NCBI GenBank assembly: GCA_965223325.1
Contig: CBDCWI010000002.1
Span: 2,048,001 to 2,112,000 of the forward strand
Direction: 5' to 3'
Source of the DNA: Candidatus Multivoradales bacterium
GTDB taxonomy: Bacteria > Acidobacteriota > Thermoanaerobaculia > Multivoradales > Multivoraceae
DNA length: 64,000 bases
How positions within the stretch are numbered: the first letter of the stretch is position 1; the number at the start of each line of letters is the position of its first letter. Shown here in pieces: positions 10,647-19,733 of this stretch. The notes beneath the pieces are model-generated. The model was not told where the DNA came from and searched no databases. It saw only the letters and a list, made by a program, of their open reading frames with translations. Both the position numbers and the translations under genes were made by a program.

Positions 10647-10973
10647 CACACAGAGGCACCGGAACTGGACTCGACTTCGGCAGCACGCGTCGCTTCCTCG
10701 GACGCTCCTTGGTCCGCTGGGTCCTGGGTGATGGTCTCGACAGAATTCAGCCGGTCGATTCAAGGAGCCGAGACCGCTTTCCATGCGCCGGAATCTCGAC
10801 AAGAACCTGCGCGTTCTATCTGGTTCGAGCGTCCCACGCCGCAATGATCTTGATTCCTGGCTCCTCGAACACCTTACGAGCACGACGTGCCTGGGCTGGC
10901 ATCCGAGTCGCTAGAGGGGCGTTCTCCCCGGCGTAGTCGCAGCTCGCGAGTGGGCACGCACTATGGGAATCGG

Positions 10974-12350
10974 TCAGTTGTTGGGCGGATACAGCTTCCG
11001 CACCTCCAGCTCCGCCTCGTATTGGCGGGCGGACCAGGCTCTCTCGGCGCTCATGCGCTCTTGCTGCTCGCGCACGAACTCGCTGGCCCCCACTGCCTGC
11101 CGGCGGTCGAACGCTTCCTGGGCCGCCATCTCAGCCAGGTGCGCTCGCTGAATCCTCATGGCGATCGAGGGGTCCCGGTCTTCCAACCAATCCTCGAAGT
11201 CCAGGGACTGAGGAACGGGAACACTCTCGGTGAAGGCAGACCGAACGGCATTTCGAGAGCGCGCGTCGAGCAGCTCGGAAGGAAAGAAGACGTGCTCGGC
11301 GAAGGCGTTCTCTTCCTGCACCAAGAGGTTCAAACGGTCTTCGACAAGCTGCGCCATCGGGGCGGAGCGACTGAGGAGCGTCGACGCAAGAACGGCCTCC
11401 CGGGTCGTGCCGCGTTCGATCACGTCGACCAGGAGACTCGCGATCTCCTGGGTGAGATCAGGCTCGAGAACCTGACCGTCGGGGCGACTGAGGAGCTGGG
11501 CGAGAGCGCGACTGGCCTCGGCGCGCAGCTCCGGTGACCGTTCCGGGTCGGCCAGCACGCCGCGTAGGACCTGGGCGCTTTCCTGCTGCCCAAAGGCACC
11601 CCACTCGAGGCTCAGTTGGTGCACGGTCGACACGTCCAGTTCCCACTCCTGCCGAAGAACGCCGAAGCGGCGGGTGCGAGAGCCGTAGGCAGTCAGGAGG
11701 GCACGAAGGTAGGGCGAGACGTCTTTGACCTCTTGCTTGAGGATGCACGCCTTGATGACCCGCAAGATGTCTGGGTGGAGCGGCCGCGTACCGGCCAAGG
11801 CCTGCACCGCGTTGATGCGGACCTCAGAGAGATGGGTTGAAAGCGCCAGCTCGGCGAGCGGGCGCAGCGCGCGCTCGGGGACTACATCTGAAGAGGCCAG
11901 CGCCATGAGAAGGTGGTGATCCGCCAGCGTCACCGGGCTTTCGAGACTCAGCTGCCCAGCGATCTGCGGAGCGCTAGAACGTAGAGCCTCCAGGGTCGAA
12001 CGGGACCGGGACGAAGCCTCGTCGAAGGAAGGGTAGAAGGGAGAGACGCGGTTCGCCTCCACCGCCAGGAGCCAGGCAGCCTTGCGGCGCACGTCGTCGT
12101 CGAGATCGCCCACTTCCAGCCGACCGACCAGGGCAACAACAGCCGGGGCCGCCTCCAGATCTTCCCAGGCGCGTTTCGAACGAGCCGAAAACGCGCGCTC
12201 GATCAACCGATCGGTCGGCTCCTCGGCCAACTGGTCGTACAGCCGCTGAAGGTCGGCGCCAGCCGGTGCAGCCACCAGCGCGACCGAGAGGGTCAAGAGA
12301 GTAGGGAGAGTTCGACGAAAACGGTGCATCATGGAGCTCCAGAGGGTCAT
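10974..12350 (-). CDS. Hypothetical exported alpha-helical (HEAT-like) protein
   Basis: 458-aa ORF; signal-peptide-like RRTLPTLLTLSVALVAAPAGA; helical repeats such as VRINAVQALA and LRAEASRALAQL; start could be about 12329. Confidence 0.7.
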   Translation of the reverse strand: MTLWSSMMHRFRRTLPTLLTLSVALVAAPAGADLQRLYDQLAEEPTDRLIERAFSARSKRAWEDLEAAPAVVALVGRLEVGDLDDDVRRKAAWLLAVEANRVSPFYPSFDEASSRSRSTLEALRSSAPQIAGQLSLESPVTLADHHLLMALASSDVVPERALRPLAELALSTHLSEVRINAVQALAGTRPLHPDILRVIKACILKQEVKDVSPYLRALLTAYGSRTRRFGVLRQEWELDVSTVHQLSLEWGAFGQQESAQVLRGVLADPERSPELRAEASRALAQLLSRPDGQVLEPDLTQEIASLLVDVIERGTTREAVLASTLLSRSAPMAQLVEDRLNLLVQEENAFAEHVFFPSELLDARSRNAVRSAFTESVPVPQSLDFEDWLEDRDPSIAMRIQRAHLAEMAAQEAFDRRQAVGASEFVREQQERMSAERAWSARQYEAELEVRKLYPPNN

Positions 12351-12385
12351 TCAAGACACCTTTCCGGAGCCCGACACCTTCGTTA

Positions 12386-12470
12386 CACCCAAGCTTTCCC
12401 AGAATCACCCCAGTCGATTGCCCGGGAATTGCCCGGGGATTGCCCGGGGATCGCCCGGGAGTTGCCCGGG
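12386..12470. repeat. Intergenic element copy A: 34-bp head plus 5 x GCCCGGG at 11-bp period
   Basis: GCCCGGG at 12420, 12431, 12442, 12453, 12464; head 28/34 identical to 52205-52238. Confidence 0.85.
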
Positions 12471-12471
12471 C

Positions 12472-13395
12472 CTAGGTGGTTTCTGCGGCTGCTTTGGGTG
12501 CCTGGCCGAGTACTGCAGGAGAGCGCACGCCGACGACGGTTAGCGAGAAGACGACGACAGCCATGCCAACCATCTGGATGGGCAGGAAGGCCTCGCCCAG
12601 AAAGAGCGCCGCTAGCATGGTGGAGGCAACGGGTACGGCGAGGGCGGCGGTGCCACCGACCCATACCGGTATGTGGCGCAGCGACCAGTTCATCAACACG
12701 TGTCCCGACCAGCCGAGCACAGCCATGGCGCCTAGTGCCAGCCAGTGCAAGGGCTCGGGCCAACTGAGGTGGCCGTCGACGAGGACAAAGGGCGTCACCA
12801 GAATCGACGCGATGAGGGTCACCCCAGCAGTGAACTCGAGCGGGCTGATGTGACGACCGGCGCGCTTCGAGAAGATCAGGTAGAACGTCCAGGCGACCAG
12901 CGTGATGACGGCTACCAGGTCGCCACGAATGTCCCACGCGGCCGACGACCGTGAGCCGTAGGCGACGAGGCCGGCGCCACCTATCGCGATCAAAGCTGCA
13001 GCGGCATCGGCGAGACCGACCTTCTCTTTGAACAACCAGGGTGCCAGGAAGATGAGGAGCACCGGCGGCATCGCGCTGATGAGCGTGGCGTTGGCGACGG
13101 TGGTCATCTTGATGGCCAGGAAGAAGGTCATCAGATCGATGCCCAGTGCCAGCCCGCCGAGCAGCGCGTAGCGCAAGACCCTCATCGACATGCGCCCTCC
13201 CCCAATGTAGAGCGCGGCAAACGCCCAAGCCACCCCGATCCAGCCGCGAAAGAAGACGATCGGTAGCGCCTCCATCGGCAAAGCCTTGATCAGGATCGAC
13301 GGGCACGCCCAAACGAGGACCGCCAGGACCACAGCGACGAGGCCCGCGACCAGGCGCGGCTCTTCTGGCTGGGAATCGCTTACAGCGTCGGGCAT
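12472..13395 (-). CDS. DMT/EamA family transporter
   Basis: About 10 hydrophobic helices in two EamA-like halves (TTVANATLI, LFKEKVG, LFLGE); start set at MPDAVSD. Confidence 0.9.
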   Translation of the reverse strand: MPDAVSDSQPEEPRLVAGLVAVVLAVLVWACPSILIKALPMEALPIVFFRGWIGVAWAFAALYIGGGRMSMRVLRYALLGGLALGIDLMTFFLAIKMTTVANATLISAMPPVLLIFLAPWLFKEKVGLADAAAALIAIGGAGLVAYGSRSSAAWDIRGDLVAVITLVAWTFYLIFSKRAGRHISPLEFTAGVTLIASILVTPFVLVDGHLSWPEPLHWLALGAMAVLGWSGHVLMNWSLRHIPVWVGGTAALAVPVASTMLAALFLGEAFLPIQMVGMAVVVFSLTVVGVRSPAVLGQAPKAAAETT

Positions 13396-13473
13396 GCGGC
13401 GAGTGTAATTTGACCCTTTACCCTGGCCGGGGCCATTCCGCTGGCAGCCCCTACCCCGCTCGCCCGCCTGCAT

Positions 13474-14652
13474 TCACGATCGAATGGCGACGAAGAACGC
13501 GATCGCAATCAGAGCGGCCACCACGGCGAAGCCGATCTTCCACACGCTCCATGGCCGCTCGCCCAGCACCTGGCCGGTCTGCGCATTGACCGCCAGCTGG
13601 TAGGTGTTGTCGCCGTACTGGTAGCTCATCAGCCACAGCGGCAGCAAGAGATGTTTGTAGGTCACGGCGTCGTAGCGCACGTCGAGGTCGTCGACGCGCT
13701 GTGCATCACCGCCAATGTCCCGACGCGCCTCACGGTCGAGCCGCGCCTCCATCAGGTGGCGGGCATCGGCAAAGCCGGCGTGTAGCTCGGTGTCGTAGGT
13801 GCGCGCAAAGAACCCGGCCAGGTACTCACCGCGAAACGGCACGGTGCGATCGAGTGGCCAGGGTTCGAGCGAACGCACGAGGTCGCCGTCGAGGCGGCGC
13901 GCGGCAAGCACCAGGACGTCATCGAGGAAGAGCTGAAAGCTCCCCGACACCCGGCGCCACCGCGTTTCGGTGGTCGTCTTGCGGTTCTTTCCCGAACCGC
14001 TCGTGACCCTGTGATGGGTACCGCGCTGCCCGCGGTACCTCGTGAACGTGAGACTGTCGAAGGTCCAAAACGGTAAGAACACTCCTTCGAAGCGCTCCCG
14101 CAAGCCCCGCCGCTTGAAGGCGGTGGGCAAGAACCAGCGCTTCTTGAGCCAACGCCGGAGCGCCCTCGACGCCGTCTCGCGGTCGACCGCAAACGGCAGC
14201 ACCGCGTCGACGGGAATGCGCTCCTCGGTTTGGTGTACGCCGTCACGCTGGAGGGGCGTCCCACACCAGGCGCACTCTGTCGCCGTCAGAGTGCCGGTGA
14301 ACATGACCTCGGCCGAGCAGTTCTGGCACTCGACGGTCTGCTCGAGGCCGGCGTTTGCATCGCCACCCCCAGCCCGCCGCTCTTCTGCCTTGCGCAACTC
14401 GGCCAGGCGATGGAGCGTCTCCTCGTAGTCCTGCTCCTCGATCTTCTTCTCGGGATCGAGCTCGATGTCGCGGTCGTAGCCACAGTGGACACAGCGCAGC
14501 GCATCACGCCCGATCCAATACTCGAGGTCAGCTCCGCACTGCGGACACGGAAAGTGCCGGGCGTCGCGTAGCGGATCGAGGTCGGGCCGCTGCCCAGCCT
14601 CGTCCGTGCGACCCGGCCGCTGGGTGACGACAGAGTCGCCCGGCATGGTCAC
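13474..14652 (-). CDS. Zn-ribbon membrane-anchored protein (YdjG-like partner of SPFH protein)
   Basis: Four CxxC pairs (CPQC, CVHC, CQNC, CAWC), FLPFWTF, VNAQTGQVLGERP, C-terminal TM; overlaps stop of the SPFH gene. Confidence 0.85.
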   Translation of the reverse strand: MTMPGDSVVTQRPGRTDEAGQRPDLDPLRDARHFPCPQCGADLEYWIGRDALRCVHCGYDRDIELDPEKKIEEQDYEETLHRLAELRKAEERRAGGGDANAGLEQTVECQNCSAEVMFTGTLTATECAWCGTPLQRDGVHQTEERIPVDAVLPFAVDRETASRALRRWLKKRWFLPTAFKRRGLRERFEGVFLPFWTFDSLTFTRYRGQRGTHHRVTSGSGKNRKTTTETRWRRVSGSFQLFLDDVLVLAARRLDGDLVRSLEPWPLDRTVPFRGEYLAGFFARTYDTELHAGFADARHLMEARLDREARRDIGGDAQRVDDLDVRYDAVTYKHLLLPLWLMSYQYGDNTYQLAVNAQTGQVLGERPWSVWKIGFAVVAALIAIAFFVAIRS

Positions 14653-15791
14653 TCGGCGTCGGGCGGTGCCGGCGGACCGAAGAGGGCCGCGACTTCAGGC
14701 GTTTGTTCCGCGGTTTGCCACGCTGCGAGCCCGGCGCGCCACACGTGGGTGTGACGGGTGAGCTGGCCCTGGGCGATCAGCTCCCGCAGCCCTTCGACGT
14801 TGAAGGGGCCAAGCGTGCGCCCGTCGACCGCTAGATGCCAGGCAATGGTCTGCGACGGGGGCGGCGGCGGGGGTGGTATCGCACCGGGAGCCGGCATCAT
14901 GACCTGTCCTCCGGCCGCCTGCTGCATGGCTTGCTGCTGCGCCATCACCTGCTGCGCCATCGCCAGACCGACGCCCAGGCCCATGCCCTCGGCGGCGCCG
15001 CCGCCTGCCGGGTTGTTGGCGGCGTCGGCCACGGCTTTGCCCATCTGGTACTGCTGGTAGCGCGCCATGTCGCCAATCACGCCAATGCTCGAACGGGTGT
15101 CGAGCGCCTTCTCGACTTCCTCAGGCAGCGAGATGTTGACGATCAGGAGCTGGGTCATGTCGAGGCCATACTCTTGACCGATCTGCTCCCGCACGTGCAA
15201 TCGCACGTCTTCGGCGATTCGCCCGTAGTTGGCGGCCAGGTCGAGCGCCGCAATCTGAGCCGAACCGACGACGTCTGCGAAGCCGCTCGCCAGGAACGAC
15301 CGAATCAACTCGGCGACCTCGTCGGTCTCGAACTCATCGTCGGTGCCAACGAGCTGCTCGAGCAGTGCCTTCGGGTCGGTGCACTGGAGGTTGTAGGTGC
15401 CGTAGGCGCGCAGGCGAATCGGCCCGAAGTCGGCATCGCGCATCATGATCGGGTTGGGCGTACCCCACTTGAGCCCGGTGACCTGGGCGGTGCGCACGAA
15501 GTAGACCTCGGCCTTGAACGGGCTCTCGAAGCCGTGCTTCCAACTCTTGAGAGTCCGCAGAATCGGCAGGTTGGCGGTCGTCAGTTCGTGGGTGCCGGGA
15601 CCAAAAACATCGGCAAGCTGCCCCTCGTTGACGAAGATCGCCACCTGGCCGGGTCGCACAACCAGGCGCGCGCCGTTCTTGATTTCGTTGCGGTAGCGCG
15701 GAAAGCGCCACACCAGCGTCTGACCCGGGTCGTCGATCCACTGGATGATGTCGACGACTTCATGTCGGAGTTTCTCGAGCCAGTTCACCAT
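14649..15791 (-). CDS. SPFH/band-7 domain protein with C-terminal GYF_2-like domain (YdjI-like)
   Basis: LVVRPGQVAIFVNEG, SPFKAEVYF, KWGT, NISLPEEVEKALD, Pro-rich linker, WHLAVDGRTLGPF...VWRAGLAAW; start set at MVNWLEK. Confidence 0.9.
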   Translation of the reverse strand: MVNWLEKLRHEVVDIIQWIDDPGQTLVWRFPRYRNEIKNGARLVVRPGQVAIFVNEGQLADVFGPGTHELTTANLPILRTLKSWKHGFESPFKAEVYFVRTAQVTGLKWGTPNPIMMRDADFGPIRLRAYGTYNLQCTDPKALLEQLVGTDDEFETDEVAELIRSFLASGFADVVGSAQIAALDLAANYGRIAEDVRLHVREQIGQEYGLDMTQLLIVNISLPEEVEKALDTRSSIGVIGDMARYQQYQMGKAVADAANNPAGGGAAEGMGLGVGLAMAQQVMAQQQAMQQAAGGQVMMPAPGAIPPPPPPPSQTIAWHLAVDGRTLGPFNVEGLRELIAQGQLTRHTHVWRAGLAAWQTAEQTPEVAALFGPPAPPDAE

Positions 15792-15855
15792 GCGGTCATC
15801 CTCTTCGTTCTTTGATCGGTTGGGGAAAGCGTACCTGCGCAGGCAGGGGTACGGC

Positions 15856-16296
15856 CTACCACTCGCCTTCATTCTCCATCGACTGCCACGGTTCCCGGAG
15901 AGGTCGTGCCTCGCCGCGCTGGAGGAGCTCGATGGACACCTGATCAGGTGAACGAACAAACGCCATGCGCCCGTCGCGCGGCGGCCGGTTGATCACTACA
16001 CCGCCGTCTCGAAGGCGCTGGCAGGTGGCGTAGATGTCGTCGACCTGGTAGGCGAGATGGCCAAAGTTGCGACCGCCGCTGTACTCCTCGGGGTCCCAGT
16101 TCCAGGTCAGCTCGAGAAGCGGCGCCTGCTTCTCCGCCACCGCCTCACGATCACCTGGCGCGGCCAGAAAGATCAGCGTGAAGCGGCCGGCCTCACTCTC
16201 GTGGCGACGCACTTCCTCGAGGCCCAGCTTGTTGCAATAGAAGTCCAGCGACTCGTCCACGTTCGTGATGCGGACCATGGTGTGAAGAAACTGCAT
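15856..16296 (-). CDS. gloA: Lactoylglutathione lyase / VOC family protein
   Basis: MQFLHTMVRI..., LELTWNW, GRNFGHLA, FVRSPDQVSIELLQ. Confidence 0.9.
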   Translation of the reverse strand: MQFLHTMVRITNVDESLDFYCNKLGLEEVRRHESEAGRFTLIFLAAPGDREAVAEKQAPLLELTWNWDPEEYSGGRNFGHLAYQVDDIYATCQRLRDGGVVINRPPRDGRMAFVRSPDQVSIELLQRGEARPLREPWQSMENEGEW

Positions 16297-16583
16297 GTTT
16301 GGAGCCTCCGAGGGCATGGGGAGCCGAAGGGAGCGTGAGGACGGCGTAACCGGCGGATCGAACACGACAAAGGGGGCTCATGATATTCGCTGACGAACCC
16401 GCGGATCACCCCGTCGTCTGCGCACATCGACAACTCGAGGATGGTCTATGATCATCACTGACCTTCCTTCTCGTTCCCACCTCCTCTCCTGGGGCGTCTG
16501 CGTCGCCGTTCTCTCTTCCAGGGACGGCACCTGCACCGTGCTTGTTTCGGTGAGATCGTCGTTCGCGTCGATCCGCGTTTCCC

Positions 16584-19532
16584 ATGCCCCCCACCCGCTC
16601 CTCAACGCGCCCTCGGCGCGCCCTACCGCTGCTGCCCCTCTTGACGCTCGCGCTCCTGGCTGGCAACAGCCTCTTGGCGGGCCCGGCTGGGGCTCTCAAC
16701 AGCCTCCGCATCGTCGCGGCTTCGGCGGTCGAGGGATCGTCCGGCACGTCACAACAAGCGCGCTTCCAGGTTTTCGCCGAGCGATCGAACAACCAACCGA
16801 TCACCGTCGCCTTCCGGACCGAGCCGGTCACCGCCACGCCCGACGTCGACTACCGCTCGTTCTCCGGCCTCATCACGTTCCCGGGAGCGAGCAGCCTTCG
16901 CATCCTGAGCATCGAAGTCTTCGGCGACGACGTTGCCGAACCCGACGAGACGTTCCGGGTCAGGCTGTCGTCGCCCGAGAACGCGTCGTTCGTTCGGGCG
17001 AGCGACGCCGAGGCCGTTGCGACCATCGAGGACGACGACGGGGGCAACACGGTGGGACCGCCGCGAGTTGTCGTCGACGACACTTCGGTCGTCGAGGGCG
17101 ACAGCGGACGACGCGATGTCGAGGTCTTGCTTCGCCGCCTGGGCGACACCAGCGGGGTGACCGAACTGCACTACCGACTCGCCAACGGGAGCGCCCGCCA
17201 GGGGGAAGACTGGCGCACCGTGTCCGGGCGCACCATTCTCTACGAAGGCGCCCTGAGTAGTCGCCTTCGCCTCTCGGGCGTCGTCCTCGGCGATAACACT
17301 CCCGAACCTGACGAGTCCTTCTTCGTCGAACTCTGGAACATCACCGGCGGAGTCATCAGCGACCCCCGGGCCGAGATCACCATCATCAATGACGACGGCG
17401 ATCCCCCACCTCCAGAGATCGACCTTGCCCCCGAAGTCGAAGTGCGCGAGGGGAACGAAGGCAGAACCGAGGTGGTGCTCGAAGTCGAGCGGCACGGCGA
17501 TCTCCGCCAGGTCAGCAGCGTCAAGTGGCGCACTGTTGCTGGCCGTGCCGTTGCGGGCGAGGACTTCGAAGATGCCAGCGGGGAGCTCCAGTTTCCGCCT
17601 GACCGACGACGGGTCAGAATCCGCGTCGACGTTCTAGCCGACCAGACCCCTGAAGAAGACGAGAACTTCAGCGTCATGCTCTCGGCGCCCAGTGGCGCCA
17701 CCCTCGGGAATCGAACCGCGACCGTCTTGATCCTTGACGACGACCAGCCCGACACCGGTGACCCAAGTGCACCAGATACACCGTCGACTCCAGACGACAC
17801 AGGTGACACTGATGACACGGGCGACACGGGCGACACGGGCGAGAGCCCGCCAGATGCGCCGCCAGATGAGCAGCCGCCGAACTCTCCGCCTCCAGAGAGT
17901 GACCCGCAACCGCAAGCGCCGCTCGGGTTGCGGCAGTTGCGTTTCGAACTGGCTGAGGCGCGCGCTGGCACACTCCTTGTCGTCGATGCCGAACTCGAAC
18001 GCGACGGGCAGAAAGTACGCCACGCAGAAGCGACCTGGTCCTCCGATGGACCGACTCTGCTCGCCGGCGAAAGAACACGCACCGACGATCGCGGAGTCCT
18101 CAGCCAACGCCTGCGGCTCGACGTCATGCCAGGCCGCTATCTGGTGCGCGCAAAGCTCGAAGAGGCACGCTTCCAAGTCGAGTTCGCCATCACGGTTCGC
18201 GGCGGGTCGGCCGACCTGTTCGAGGCGATCGAGCGCCCGAACCAGGCTTCCGTCGCCGAGGCTTTCGACGCCGCTTGCCTGGGCGCCACCGGTCGTCTCG
18301 AAAGCGCCTGTCGCTACGTCTTCTCCCTCGAAGATCACCAACGCCGCGAGGTCATCGAGCAGATCACCCCCGGTGCGCTCGACGCCCTGGGCTCGGGCGC
18401 CACCCGCGCCCTCCGTGGTCAGGGAAGAAACGTCGCGTCCCGCACTCGCGCTCTGCGCTACGACCTCGCTTCTCCGCGCGCCCGCGCATCGATTGCTGGA
18501 TTGATCGTCTCGCTGCGCGGTGAAACGCTCGCACCCTCCGCCCTCACGACACGCCCGTCGAAGAACGACCCACGCCAGGCCGTCGACCGAGCTCTTGCCG
18601 GCCTCCGCGGCGAGCGCCTGGCCAAGGGCGATGAAACACCGCGCCTTGCTCCGGGCCAAACCGTTCCCGAGGCCAGCCGGCGCTGGGGCGTTTTCGTGAC
18701 CGGCACCGCCTCGTTCGGCGAGCGGCCGCGAACCGGCCTCGAGGAGGGCTACGACTTCACCACCAGCGGTCTCACCATTGGCAGCGACCTTCGGGTTGGC
18801 AAAGGCTGGTACGTCGGTGCAGCTCTCGGCTACACCGACACTCGGCAGGACCTGTTCGGCGCCGGCGGGGTCGTCGACATGACGGGCCCGACGGCGGTTC
18901 TCTACACAACCGCCGGCGGCTCACGGTTCTGGTTCGATCTCTCGCTCAGCGCGTCGCGATTCGACATCGAGAGCCAGCGTCGGATCCGCCTGCCGGCACC
19001 GTTTGACGGGTCGAGCGAGTTCCGCGCCCTCGGTCAATCGGACACCACGGCCTACTCGGTGGTCACCGGAGTCGGATGGGATCTGGTTCAGGGCCGTACC
19101 CGGTTCGAAGGGTTCGTGCGTGGCACCGCCACCCGCGTCGACGTCGACGCCTTCGCCGAGTCGGGCGGCGGTGGGTTCGAGATGCGCTTCGAAGAGCAGC
19201 AGATCGACTCGCGCCTCGTCGAGGCCGGGTTCGAGATCGCCCGACCGTTCAGCTCTCGCCGCGGGATCCTGGAGCCCGCGCTTCGACTGGCCTGGCTGCA
19301 CGAGACGGCTGATGACCGTCGCGCCCTCGGCGGCGTCCTCGCTCTCGATCCATCGGGCAACCGGTTCACACTGCTCACCGACCGGCCAGACCGCCACTGG
19401 CTGGATCTCGGGCTGGGTTTCGCCTGGACGCTACCCCGGCGCCATTCACTCTTTCTCTGGGGCAGCACCGAGCTCGGTCGCGACGATCTGGAGAGCATCA
19501 CCTGGACGGCCGGCTACCGCCGGCAGATGTAG
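16584..19532 (+). CDS. Autotransporter-like outer membrane protein with three Calx-beta domains
   Basis: Signal peptide; three repeats ending GDDVAEPDETF / GDNTPEPDESF / ADQTPEEDENF plus ATIEDDD-type motifs; Pro/Asp/Thr linker; C-terminal beta-barrel (WGVFVTG, GLTIGSD, GAALGY, WLHET). Confidence 0.88.
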   Translation: MPPTRSSTRPRRALPLLPLLTLALLAGNSLLAGPAGALNSLRIVAASAVEGSSGTSQQARFQVFAERSNNQPITVAFRTEPVTATPDVDYRSFSGLITFPGASSLRILSIEVFGDDVAEPDETFRVRLSSPENASFVRASDAEAVATIEDDDGGNTVGPPRVVVDDTSVVEGDSGRRDVEVLLRRLGDTSGVTELHYRLANGSARQGEDWRTVSGRTILYEGALSSRLRLSGVVLGDNTPEPDESFFVELWNITGGVISDPRAEITIINDDGDPPPPEIDLAPEVEVREGNEGRTEVVLEVERHGDLRQVSSVKWRTVAGRAVAGEDFEDASGELQFPPDRRRVRIRVDVLADQTPEEDENFSVMLSAPSGATLGNRTATVLILDDDQPDTGDPSAPDTPSTPDDTGDTDDTGDTGDTGESPPDAPPDEQPPNSPPPESDPQPQAPLGLRQLRFELAEARAGTLLVVDAELERDGQKVRHAEATWSSDGPTLLAGERTRTDDRGVLSQRLRLDVMPGRYLVRAKLEEARFQVEFAITVRGGSADLFEAIERPNQASVAEAFDAACLGATGRLESACRYVFSLEDHQRREVIEQITPGALDALGSGATRALRGQGRNVASRTRALRYDLASPRARASIAGLIVSLRGETLAPSALTTRPSKNDPRQAVDRALAGLRGERLAKGDETPRLAPGQTVPEASRRWGVFVTGTASFGERPRTGLEEGYDFTTSGLTIGSDLRVGKGWYVGAALGYTDTRQDLFGAGGVVDMTGPTAVLYTTAGGSRFWFDLSLSASRFDIESQRRIRLPAPFDGSSEFRALGQSDTTAYSVVTGVGWDLVQGRTRFEGFVRGTATRVDVDAFAESGGGGFEMRFEEQQIDSRLVEAGFEIARPFSSRRGILEPALRLAWLHETADDRRALGGVLALDPSGNRFTLLTDRPDRHWLDLGLGFAWTLPRRHSLFLWGSTELGRDDLESITWTAGYRRQM

Positions 19533-19733
19533 GAACGACGAGAGCGTTCCGTAGAAGAGACAATCCGCCCTCCGTCAGAGACACACCGAGGCCTCTTGGG
19601 GGAACTGGCGTCTCGCCGCTCGTCCCCAGCGAACAGCGTTCTGGGACGGTTCAATCGGCTGGCATCCGAGCTGCATCCAGCGCGCGTAGGATCTAGCAAC
19701 TCCCTGAACCGCCGCCGGGCGGAAAGCTCTCGA

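Noticed and set aside
10371-10883. 170-aa ORF as a real gene
   Set aside because: Only the ~30-aa kinase relic looks protein-like; the rest has shadow-like composition.
17750-17920. GACAC(G/A)GG short repeats
   Set aside because: They encode the low-complexity DTG/Pro linker of the autotransporter.
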